DNA of 64,000 nt from Alphaproteobacteria bacterium (GTDB taxonomy: Bacteria; Pseudomonadota; Alphaproteobacteria; SHVV01): the NCBI GenBank assembly GCA_965261735.1, contig OZ253470.1, positions 576,001-640,000 on the forward strand, read 5' to 3'. Below the pieces are notes generated by a model, which did not search any database, had not been told where the DNA came from, and saw only the letters and a list, made by a program, of their open reading frames with translations. A program made the translations under genes and the position numbers. Below, piece after piece: positions 9,463 through 18,049 of the stretch (position 1 is its first letter; each line of letters starts with the position of its first letter).

Positions 9463-9771
9463 ATGGTTCAGACCGTCCAGAAGAACATCCGCGTCACCCC
9501 CGAGCAGTGGGAGCGCATCGAAAAGGCCGCCGACGAGCGCCGAGTCTCGGCCAATCAGCTCCTCGTCGAGCTGGCCATGGAGGCGCTCGACGGCCGCCAG
9601 TGGCCCCGCACCGAGGCGGAAATCCATCTTCTGCGCTCCGCAATGTTCACCGCACAGGCCATGGCGCGCGACATGGCCGCAGCCGGGCGCGGCGACGAGA
9701 TCGCCGAAATCGCCCGCAACATCTCCAAAGTCGCGCCGGAATTGCCCGAAGAGCCGGGCGAGAATGCCTGA
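9463..9771 (+). CDS. Ribbon-helix-helix protein, putative relaxosome accessory factor
   Basis: KNIRVTPEQWERIEKAADERRVSANQLLVELAMEAL has the beta-helix-helix pattern. Confidence 0.75.
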   Translation: MVQTVQKNIRVTPEQWERIEKAADERRVSANQLLVELAMEALDGRQWPRTEAEIHLLRSAMFTAQAMARDMAAAGRGDEIAEIARNISKVAPELPEEPGENA

Positions 9772-9895
9772 ATGGACGACTCCGTAGCGCCGATACTGTT
9801 GCACGAACCGGAACTTTCGGACTGCATTCCGATGTGCCGACTACCGCGCCCACGCGCTTCGGACGTCGCTTTCGGACAGTAGATGTGGTGGAGAC

Positions 9896-10687
9896 ATGGT
9901 TGAACAAACATCGTTGAACCAGGCTTGGGGCCCACTTCGCGTCATCCTCGAGGACAACTATTCGTTCAACAGCATTAAACAAGTCGTGTCATTGGCCGGT
10001 GTCGACGTCACAAGTCTCGCCCACCTGGAGCAGAAATCCGGCGGTGGCGGCGCGACGAAGGGTCAACTCATGACCGCATTGGATCGCGAGATCGCCCAGC
10101 TCGACCATGCAGAAAAGTCTCGGGTGCTGAACCATCTTGCGGAAGAGATCGTTCGCCAGCGCCCTTGGGAGATCGAACGGCTGGACGGCTATCTTGAACG
10201 GTTGGGTTGGCAGTTTGCGGACGGAACGCTGGTTCCGATCGAGCTGTTCGACGTCGCCGAGCTTGTCGATCTGCCGGATGCCGCGAAAACCGACTTGCTC
10301 AAAGCGGCAGCCCGGCTTCGCGACGGCGACTTGAGCGGTGCGCTCGCCGCAGCCTGTGCGGCCGTGGACTCGGCCACCAACGCCGTCTATGCAGAGCACG
10401 GCCTGGGATCGCCGTCAAACGACAGTTTCCAGACCCGCTGCGCGAACGCACTCAAGGCGAAGCGCACGATATCGGGACTGACCGGCGAGCTGAGTGCGCT
10501 CGGCTGGAAAGAGGCCGATGCCGACAAACTGTCGAAGAATCTGCAGGGTGCCCTGAACCAGGGCGCCTATGTCATGCAAACGCTCCGTTCCAGAATGAGC
10601 GACGTCCACGGTTCCAAACGCGTGCTGAACCCCCTGGTCTTCGATTCACTCAAGTGGGCAGCGCTCATCGTGCGCATGTTGAAATAG
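9896..10687 (+). CDS. Hypothetical protein with Abi_C-like C-terminal domain
   Basis: GDLSGALAAACAAVDS and LRSRMSDVHG resemble abortive-infection C-terminal motifs; GGAG RBS. Confidence 0.6.
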   Translation: MVEQTSLNQAWGPLRVILEDNYSFNSIKQVVSLAGVDVTSLAHLEQKSGGGGATKGQLMTALDREIAQLDHAEKSRVLNHLAEEIVRQRPWEIERLDGYLERLGWQFADGTLVPIELFDVAELVDLPDAAKTDLLKAAARLRDGDLSGALAAACAAVDSATNAVYAEHGLGSPSNDSFQTRCANALKAKRTISGLTGELSALGWKEADADKLSKNLQGALNQGAYVMQTLRSRMSDVHGSKRVLNPLVFDSLKWAALIVRMLK

Positions 10688-10760
10688 GTCCCAGGGCGCC
10701 GCGCCGTCACGCCGGTCGACTACCGTTAGACGGTATCTGTTCCATCAAGGAGAGTGCTTC

Positions 10761-11144
10761 ATGCCCGAAACTGCGAACCCCGACCAGCAGTTGGCGTCCC
10801 TCCTCGTCAGGACGATGGCGGTTACGTGCGTCCGAAACACCATGATCGAAGACATCCACGCCGGCCTCGTGCCGGTCACGAAGACCGGCGATTACTCCGA
10901 CGTCACGGTAATCGACGCGGACGGCCGGCGGATTCCGTGGCCGGAAGTCTCGCATTTCGACGACGATGCGATGCGCGCCCTGATGCGCCAGGTCGTCGAC
11001 CGCTTGCACACCTTTCAGGTCAGGGCAGAAGAACCAGGCTTCCTGGATCGGATTGGCCGCTGGATGGACGTCGCGAGCCGCTGGGACGAACCGAAGCTCG
11101 ACGAATCCTTCCTGCCCCCGAACGCCGCAAGGAGCGACCCATGA
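10761..11144 (+). CDS. Hypothetical protein (127 aa)
   Basis: AAGGAG RBS; ATGA overlap with the next gene. Confidence 0.75.
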   Translation: MPETANPDQQLASLLVRTMAVTCVRNTMIEDIHAGLVPVTKTGDYSDVTVIDADGRRIPWPEVSHFDDDAMRALMRQVVDRLHTFQVRAEEPGFLDRIGRWMDVASRWDEPKLDESFLPPNAARSDP

Positions 11145-11434
11145 CGGTCCCCACCACCACCGATGCCGGGCGCCGCTATGCCTTCGCCCCGCACCCCGAA
11201 CCGATCGAGGACATCCTCTATCGGATGCATATCATCTTCGAGGAGCCCGACGGGCGCCTGTGGTCGTCGGGGACCGATGTCATGGCGCCCTCCATGGACA
11301 GCGCGGAGGAATTCGCGGAGGACCTGAACAGCAGCCTGGGTCTCGACCACGCGGCGTGGACGGCGTTCGCCCGGCGGGTTTTCGCGGCGCGCCGGGAACT
11401 CGACAAGGACACCGACAGCGAGCCTTCGGGCTGA
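11141..11434 (+). CDS. Hypothetical acidic protein (97 aa)
   Basis: AAGGAG RBS; translational coupling; begins MTVPTTTDAGRRY. Confidence 0.7.
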   Translation: MTVPTTTDAGRRYAFAPHPEPIEDILYRMHIIFEEPDGRLWSSGTDVMAPSMDSAEEFAEDLNSSLGLDHAAWTAFARRVFAARRELDKDTDSEPSG

Positions 11435-11662
11435 TGCCCAACAAACCGAGAGCGCGGTCGACGGATTTCGGCTTGGGCGTCTTAACCGGCTCCGCCGTCC
11501 AACTCGTACCATGATTTCCGGCGATCATCGCATCGACTGGCGAGCGGCGTGGGCTGACTACACCACTCGCATCTTCTCCTACGCTATCGATATTGCACTC
11601 CGACCCGCCGAATATCCCCGCCCCTTGACACCACGTACGCGCTCATCCCTCAGTACCGCGAC

Positions 11663-14212
11663 ATGACAAACGCAATGGAACAGTCACCTCTCTGGCGACG
11701 GACTTACGGGGAATCGCTGTCAGACCCCATCGTCTCCCGACTGGTTACGTCCCTCCGCGGCGCACGGGAGCGCGCCTCCCTCCTAACGTCAAGGATAGTT
11801 GACAGCCTTCCCGGTCTCACGCTGCACGACATCTCGCACCTTGATGCTCTGTGGGGCGTGGCGAGCACGATCGCCGGAGACGACTACACCCTGAACCCGC
11901 TCGACTGCTACCTCTTCGGGACAGCGGTCCTTCTCCACGATGCCGCACTCTGCCACGAAGCGTACTCGGGAGGGCGGGACGCTGTAAGGGCGACCACCCA
12001 ATGGAGAGATGCCTACAACCGGCGACTCACCAACCAAGGCACGGTCGATCCCAATGATGTCGACTTCGAGGCTCTAAGGAGCCTCCATGCAACCCAAGCG
12101 GCCACACTCGCTACCGAGCCTTGGCATATCGACGAAGGAGACCCTTGGTACATCATCGACGATGCCGATCTCCGCAACCAATACGGGCCACTGATCGGAC
12201 AAATCGCGTCATCACATCACTGGGACATTGAGGACGTCGCAAACACCTTCGCGATTCCCCGCCCGGCCGCCGCCTTCCTTCATCCCGATTGGTCCGCAGA
12301 CCCACTCACCGTGGCCTGCCTGCTACGGGCAGCCGACGCTGGCCACATGAACTCCGCTAGGGCGCCGACCTTTCTCCTCAAGATCCTCCAGATGAACTCT
12401 GTGTCCAAAGCCCACTGGACGGCTCAGAACCATCTCGGTCACTTGTCCTACAACCACGACCACCCGACACAATTGGTCGTCGCGTCCACAGCTCCGTTTC
12501 CTAAAGCCGAAGCATCAGCATGGTGGGTGGCATTCGATCTCGCCGACCAACTGAACAGGGAACTCAAGCAGTGCGATGCAGTTCTCCGTACTGCCCGAGG
12601 AGCGCCTCGCCGACTCTTCGCCCGCACGGCCGTCGCCGGCGCAGGCAACCCGGTAGAACTCGCCAAGTATATCGAGACCCAAGGTTGGGAGCCGACTGAT
12701 TCCACGGTACACGTCTCGGATGTAGCGTCCTTGGTCGGGAGACTCGGCGGCGAGCAACTCTACGGCACCGGTGCCGACAGGCTCGCCATTGCGCTTCGTG
12801 AACTGATCCAAAACGCGGCCGACGCCATATCCGCAAGACGCCTCATCGGTGAAGCTGCATTCGAAGGTCACATCCGTGTTCGGCTCTTCAAAGACCCCTC
12901 GAATGGCCGTCAAGTACTCCAGGTAGACGACGACGGCGTCGGTATGTCACCGAGAACCTTATCCAGAGACCTTCTCGATTTCGGCAAGAGTTTTTGGGCA
13001 AGTGAACGCGCGTCCAGCGAATTCCCCGGAATACATGCCGCTAAACACTCGCCGATAGGTCGCTTCGGGATCGGTTTCTTTTCAATCTTCATGGCTGCAG
13101 AGAAGGTAGAGGTATTTTCCAGGCGTTTTGACGCCGCCCTACATGACGTTCGATGCCTCTCATTCGACAACGGTCTTTCCTTACGGCCCGTTCTCAGTGC
13201 CCGGAAACCCGAAGAATTCGCGATGAATGTCTCCACCAGGGTGAAGTTGGAACTCAAGCCCAATGTCCTCTTGGATCAGAACCGTATCACGATCCCTTGC
13301 AATATTTCGGGTCAGAAGCCTTTCTCCGTGTCTTTCAATCACTATCTTGCTGCCTTGGTGTCCGGTGTAGACGTCTCAATCTCCGTGGATACGGATGGCG
13401 TCGAAGCCCAGGTTCACAATGGGTTTCCCCCCGCGCCAGACCACCGAGCCCAGTGGATTCGTTCGCTTTCGTACGTGCCCGCAGGAGTCAATGCGCCGGC
13501 ACATCAGCTCGCCGATTCCGTATCCTCAAGGCTCAGTGAGATCCGTGATGGCGAAACTTGCTATGGTCTCGCAGCGCTAAGGATCGAATACACTGCGCCA
13601 CACGATTTTCTCACCGCCAAGGCGGTAGGCGGATTCGTTACCCACGATTCGCAGGGCGCGTTTGTCGGCCTGATCGACCACCTTCCGAATAGCGCAAAGC
13701 GAGAACCTGGAAAGATTTCCGCGCCTAAGCAAGCAATGGACTCCTGGTTGTCCGAGCAAGTCTCGTTGCTACCCAAGAGCTTCTCCCCGACACAAAACAT
13801 TTTGGCGTGTTACTCGCTTTGTCACTTCGATTGCGACCCCATCGATGTCCTTGTCGGAATACTCGTTATCACGCCAAACGCCGTTGCCTTCTGGCGCCTC
13901 GCGGAGCTCTCCGCGTTGCTTCGCGGTGGCAATAAGTTGGCTTTTCGTGTCGCCAGCTACGGTGATGCAAGGCACCTCGAACGCCACGGCGAGCAACACA
14001 CAGTCCCCGGAGTTTCCACCTGTTACGTGGTGTCTGGTGGCGAATTCAACAGCGCCGAAATCTCACAGAACGTCCCAGAAAAGCCAAACTCCCTGGTGGG
14101 AATAATCCACCGAACGTTGATCAACCAGGGAGCCGAGCCCGAGTGGATCGTCCGTCCAAACGTATACCGCGGTCTTTTCGATCGCTGCGACTGCCTCGAG
14201 GTGCGCATCTGA
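11663..14212 (+). CDS. HD-domain / HSP90-like GHKL ATPase fusion protein
   Basis: TLHDISH, LLHDAA, SHH and LRAADAGH (HD domain); LRELIQNAADA, DDDGVGM and IGRFGIGFFS (GHKL). Confidence 0.88.
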   Translation: MTNAMEQSPLWRRTYGESLSDPIVSRLVTSLRGARERASLLTSRIVDSLPGLTLHDISHLDALWGVASTIAGDDYTLNPLDCYLFGTAVLLHDAALCHEAYSGGRDAVRATTQWRDAYNRRLTNQGTVDPNDVDFEALRSLHATQAATLATEPWHIDEGDPWYIIDDADLRNQYGPLIGQIASSHHWDIEDVANTFAIPRPAAAFLHPDWSADPLTVACLLRAADAGHMNSARAPTFLLKILQMNSVSKAHWTAQNHLGHLSYNHDHPTQLVVASTAPFPKAEASAWWVAFDLADQLNRELKQCDAVLRTARGAPRRLFARTAVAGAGNPVELAKYIETQGWEPTDSTVHVSDVASLVGRLGGEQLYGTGADRLAIALRELIQNAADAISARRLIGEAAFEGHIRVRLFKDPSNGRQVLQVDDDGVGMSPRTLSRDLLDFGKSFWASERASSEFPGIHAAKHSPIGRFGIGFFSIFMAAEKVEVFSRRFDAALHDVRCLSFDNGLSLRPVLSARKPEEFAMNVSTRVKLELKPNVLLDQNRITIPCNISGQKPFSVSFNHYLAALVSGVDVSISVDTDGVEAQVHNGFPPAPDHRAQWIRSLSYVPAGVNAPAHQLADSVSSRLSEIRDGETCYGLAALRIEYTAPHDFLTAKAVGGFVTHDSQGAFVGLIDHLPNSAKREPGKISAPKQAMDSWLSEQVSLLPKSFSPTQNILACYSLCHFDCDPIDVLVGILVITPNAVAFWRLAELSALLRGGNKLAFRVASYGDARHLERHGEQHTVPGVSTCYVVSGGEFNSAEISQNVPEKPNSLVGIIHRTLINQGAEPEWIVRPNVYRGLFDRCDCLEVRI

Positions 14213-14246
14213 ACCGCTCTTGCACAACCTCTAGATCGGGAATTCC

Positions 14247-14420
14247 GTGGCTGACCGCCTGATCGCGGCGGGCTATGCGGGCATGCGGGGTCAGAGCTTC
14301 GCCGCAGGGACCGGCTCCGACGATCTCAACCTCGTGCTGTGGCGATGGGGCTCACACCGGCCTGACCGCGTCGTCGTCGACGACGATGAAGGCCGACTCT
14401 CCGGTGTACCGACACATTGA
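14247..14420 (+). pseudogene. C-terminal remnant of a RES-domain protein
   Basis: Translates as VADRLIAAGYAGMRGQSFAAG..DDLNLVLWRW..DDEGRL; 5' part absent. Confidence 0.65.
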
Positions 14421-14539
14421 TCGTGTATCCCACCATCCCCCTTGTCCCCGCCATAGGACGCTTTCGTCAACAAGCATCAGTCCCGCGCATTCATCTCGGC
14501 ACCCTTGATGTGCGTCGACCACTTCAGGAGTAAGACAAG

Positions 14540-15028
14540 ATGAGTTCCGTGATTTGGGACGGAGACAACCTGATCCAGAAGGTCGGGCAAGACGTCGAGC
14601 AATTGGGGCATGTCAAACTCGACGAGAACGCCGGCGTGTGCGTGCTGTGGCTGAAGGACACGCGCGGCGTCTTCGGCCCCGGCAACACCTACATACGAGG
14701 CGACACCTTCCCGTCGATGAAGGACGCCAAGCAGCGCGCGGCCTCGTCCGTATCCGCTGGTGTTTTCCACTACATGTGGCTGGTGGGCCTTCGTGACAGC
14801 CAAGAGCGGTCCGACAGCGGCATTGCCCAAGCCATCGCGGATGCCGAAGACGGGAAGCCCCTGAAGGAATCCACATTCAAGGAGGAAATGGAAAGGCTCA
14901 CCGAACAGCTGAACAGGGCGGAGGCCAACGCAAACGAGAGCGTGACAAATGCCCGAAAGCGGGAGAGGTGGTATTTCCTTGCGGCATTGGCTGTGGCCTT
15001 GGTCGGAATACTTATGTCCGTCATCTGA
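14540..15028 (+). CDS. Hypothetical protein with coiled coil and C-terminal transmembrane anchor
   Basis: AGGAG RBS; ends WYFLAALAVALVGILMSVI. Confidence 0.75.
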   Translation: MSSVIWDGDNLIQKVGQDVEQLGHVKLDENAGVCVLWLKDTRGVFGPGNTYIRGDTFPSMKDAKQRAASSVSAGVFHYMWLVGLRDSQERSDSGIAQAIADAEDGKPLKESTFKEEMERLTEQLNRAEANANESVTNARKRERWYFLAALAVALVGILMSVI

Positions 15029-15072
15029 CCCGCCCGACGCAGCCGACCCCTTCGAATTCACCAACCAAACGA

Positions 15073-18048
15073 CTACAACCCGAGATCGCGGTCCACGGAC
15101 TTCGGCGCGGGCGTCTTCTCCGCCTCCGCCGTGCGGCCCGAGCTCCGTTCTCCGCCAATCTCCGCATCCATGCCCCGGGCCTTCCCGGCCTCGGGCGCCT
15201 TCGCCTTCGCTTTCCCGACCACTTCCAGCGCCGCGATGCGCTCGCCGGTGAGCGCCTGGAGCTGCTCCCTGAGCGCCGCCTTGTCGTCGGTGACGAGCTC
15301 GGCGCGGTCGCGCGCGCGGCTGATTTCAACATAGAGCATCTTCTGCGTGGTCAGGTTGGGATGGTTGGCCTCGATCGCGGCGATCACTGTATCGACCGTG
15401 CGCCCCTGGAACGCATGCACGGTCGAGGCCCAGGCGCGGTCGATGTGGCGGAGTTGCGGGTCGCCGGCGTTCATGTCGAGCATGCGCCCGTCCTCGAGGC
15501 GGAAGCCGACCCGGCCGTCCCGGACCGCCGTCACCTCGGCGGTCTGGCTGTTGACGAGCCCGAGCCCGGCATCGTTGCGGGTCCAGCGGATGCGGTCGCC
15601 GGCCCGGAGCTCCATCGTCTCCTTCTTGTAGACCTCGACGCCGCCCGCCCGGGCCGCGATCCGGCCCGGCTCCCAGCCGACCGGCCCGCCGTCCTTGCCC
15701 GCGAGCGTCACCGTCCCGGCCGCCCGGTCGACGCCCGCGACACGGAGCTCGTCGCCCTTCTCGACGCCAAGGCGCTTGTAGGGGCGGTGGAACCCCACGA
15801 CGTCGCCGGCCATGTAGTTCCGCGCGAGCGCCTTCTCGGCGTTGGTATAGCCCCGCGAGACCAGCCGTTCGGTCTCCATCGCGGGGCCGTGGACGACGCC
15901 ATCGCGGGTCAGGCGCTCGCGGACGATCCCGTTGATCCCCTCGCGCAGCGCATGGCTGGGCGCCATCAGCCCGGTGCGCTCGCGCGCCTCGGGAGCGAGC
16001 GCGAGCCAGCGCGCGGCGGCGGCGCCCGCGAGATTGTCGGGATTCACCTCGGCCACGTTGTCGCCCAGCTTCTCGAAGGCGCGGGCGATATCGCCCGCGA
16101 GGCTCGCCTCGACGGCTTCCTTCAGGGCCGGGTCGCGCTGGCGCATGATCTGGTCCATCAGGGCGGTCTTCATGCCGGCGGCCTGGAGCTGCGCGAAGGG
16201 CTTGCCGGCATCGACCGCGTCGAGCTGTTTCTCGTCGCCCACCAGCACCACGCGGGGGATGCGCAAGCTGTCGGCGATCCTGAGCAGATCCCGAGCCTGG
16301 ACGGTGGAGGCGAGCGAGCCCTCGTCGACCACCAGCACCGTCTTCGCGAACGCCGCGCGCATTTCCTTTTCGCCCTTCGCGGTCATCCGTCCCGCCGCGA
16401 CCCCGCCGTATCGGGCGAGGAAGCGCTGCAGGGTCTCGGCGCCGATCCCGGCCTCGCCTTCGAGCGTGCGCGCGGCCGAGGCCGAGGGCGCGAGCCCCCT
16501 GACCTCGTAGCCGCGCTTCTCCAGGAGCGCGCGGGCGCGGTTCAACATCGTGGTCTTGCCGCTGCCGGCATAGCCCTGAACGCCAACCACGCGATCCCCT
16601 TCGGAGAGGATCAGCTTCACCGCCGCCTTCTGACCGTCCGTGAGCGGCCCCTTGCGCAGTGCCTTGTCGACGGCGCGGGCGCGCATGGGCGCCGCGCCGC
16701 GCTCCCGCCCGGCCTCCATCAGCGCGATCGTCTCCCTCTCGTCGCCGACCGCCCGGTCGGTGGTGAGCAGCCCCTCCATACCCGGAAGCCTGGCGGCATG
16801 CAGCGATCCCGCCCCCTCCAGCCGTGCCGCCGCGGCCTCCGCTTCGCCCACCGTCACCTTGCCGGGGTCCCAGGCGAGCGCGGCGGTGAGCAGATCGGTC
16901 CGGGAGAACACCGCCTCGCGTTCGGAGAGATGCGCGACGGCCCATTCGACGGCGCGTTCGGCGGGCGATACGGGAGTGCGCTCCGCCGCCCGGCCGCGCC
17001 CCGGTGAAGGCGTCTGCGGGGCGCCCTCGCGAACCGATTCCCGCTCCTCCGTCAGGCTCCCTGGCTCGGCGGCGCCTGCGGGAACCGCCCCGGACTCCCG
17101 GCCGGCGCCCTCCCGCTCCGCGCCCTTCGCCGCCTCGGCCGTGAGCGCGGGGGCGTCGAAGCCGAGATCGGCGGCCTGGCGCTGCCAGACGCCGGTGAGC
17201 TCGTCGCGGTCGATGTCGCGCTTCGCCGCACGGCTCACCAGCGCCGCCCGCTCGGCGAGGCGCGGATTGTCGGAGGGCGATCCCATGCCGCGTTCCGCCA
17301 TCCCCGCCTCGATCTCGGCGCGCCGGGTCGAGAACGCGTCGATCGCCTCGCGCGAGACGCCGGCGATCTCGAAGCGCCCGTCGGCATGGGTCTTCTCGAT
17401 CCCGTATCCCAGCCGTCCGAGGCCGCGCGCGAGCTCGCTGCGGTAGATGGCCCCGATCAGCATCTTGGATTCGTAGAGCTTCTCGTTGGCCATGGACCGC
17501 CATTTGCCGTCCTCGCCCTGCACCATGTTGGCGATCACGGCGTGGGTGTGGAGCTGCGGGTCGAGGTTGCGCGAGGTGTCGTGGCGGAACGTGGCGGCGA
17601 CCATCTTCTGCCCGCCCTCGCGGACCATCCGGCCCGTCGCGGGGTCCTTCACCCGGGTCTCGGCGGCGTTTCCCTCGATCCAGGCGAGCGTCGCCTCGAC
17701 CGCCCGGTCGTGGACGTCGACGACGCGCACGTCGCCGCCGACCAGGCCGACAAGCGAGACCGACTTCGGGGCCGAGAGGGTGACGTCGCGTCCGGGGCGG
17801 TGGAGCAGCTTGCCGTCGCGGTCGCGGCGCCCGAGCTCGCGTCCGGAGCCGTCGGGCACCTTGCCTTCGAGGACGGCGCGGAAGACGTCCGGATCGACCG
17901 GACCGGTGAGCCCGAGCGCGTCGGCGCCCTTGCCGGCCCACGCGCTCGCCTCCCGGTGCTCCGGATCGTCGCTGGCGTAGTAGCCGTCCTTCTCGTAGTA
18001 GGAGACGCCCTGGGCGGCCGAGGCGATGGCGCCGATCGAGGCCACCAT
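15073..18048 (-). CDS. traI: MobF (TrwC/TraI-type) relaxase-helicase
   Basis: YY..YY, SAPKSVS, HDTSRNLDPQLHTH (HUH); helicase GYAGSGKT, VGDEKQL and TVHAFQG. Confidence 0.95.
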   Translation of the reverse strand: MVASIGAIASAAQGVSYYEKDGYYASDDPEHREASAWAGKGADALGLTGPVDPDVFRAVLEGKVPDGSGRELGRRDRDGKLLHRPGRDVTLSAPKSVSLVGLVGGDVRVVDVHDRAVEATLAWIEGNAAETRVKDPATGRMVREGGQKMVAATFRHDTSRNLDPQLHTHAVIANMVQGEDGKWRSMANEKLYESKMLIGAIYRSELARGLGRLGYGIEKTHADGRFEIAGVSREAIDAFSTRRAEIEAGMAERGMGSPSDNPRLAERAALVSRAAKRDIDRDELTGVWQRQAADLGFDAPALTAEAAKGAEREGAGRESGAVPAGAAEPGSLTEERESVREGAPQTPSPGRGRAAERTPVSPAERAVEWAVAHLSEREAVFSRTDLLTAALAWDPGKVTVGEAEAAAARLEGAGSLHAARLPGMEGLLTTDRAVGDERETIALMEAGRERGAAPMRARAVDKALRKGPLTDGQKAAVKLILSEGDRVVGVQGYAGSGKTTMLNRARALLEKRGYEVRGLAPSASAARTLEGEAGIGAETLQRFLARYGGVAAGRMTAKGEKEMRAAFAKTVLVVDEGSLASTVQARDLLRIADSLRIPRVVLVGDEKQLDAVDAGKPFAQLQAAGMKTALMDQIMRQRDPALKEAVEASLAGDIARAFEKLGDNVAEVNPDNLAGAAAARWLALAPEARERTGLMAPSHALREGINGIVRERLTRDGVVHGPAMETERLVSRGYTNAEKALARNYMAGDVVGFHRPYKRLGVEKGDELRVAGVDRAAGTVTLAGKDGGPVGWEPGRIAARAGGVEVYKKETMELRAGDRIRWTRNDAGLGLVNSQTAEVTAVRDGRVGFRLEDGRMLDMNAGDPQLRHIDRAWASTVHAFQGRTVDTVIAAIEANHPNLTTQKMLYVEISRARDRAELVTDDKAALREQLQALTGERIAALEVVGKAKAKAPEAGKARGMDAEIGGERSSGRTAEAEKTPAPKSVDRDLGL

Positions 18049-18049
18049 G

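Noticed and set aside
8198-9804. Long ORFs 8198-9250 (+) and 8353-9804 (-)
   Set aside because: Arg/Ala/Pro-rich translations over hairpin-rich DNA with no motifs; long stop-free frames are expected at this GC.
14238-14249. 12-bp GGGAATTCCGTG shared with ~56888-56899 as an att pair
   Set aside because: Short, and it would exclude the oriT and leading region; may be chance, though it does sit at the RES truncation point.
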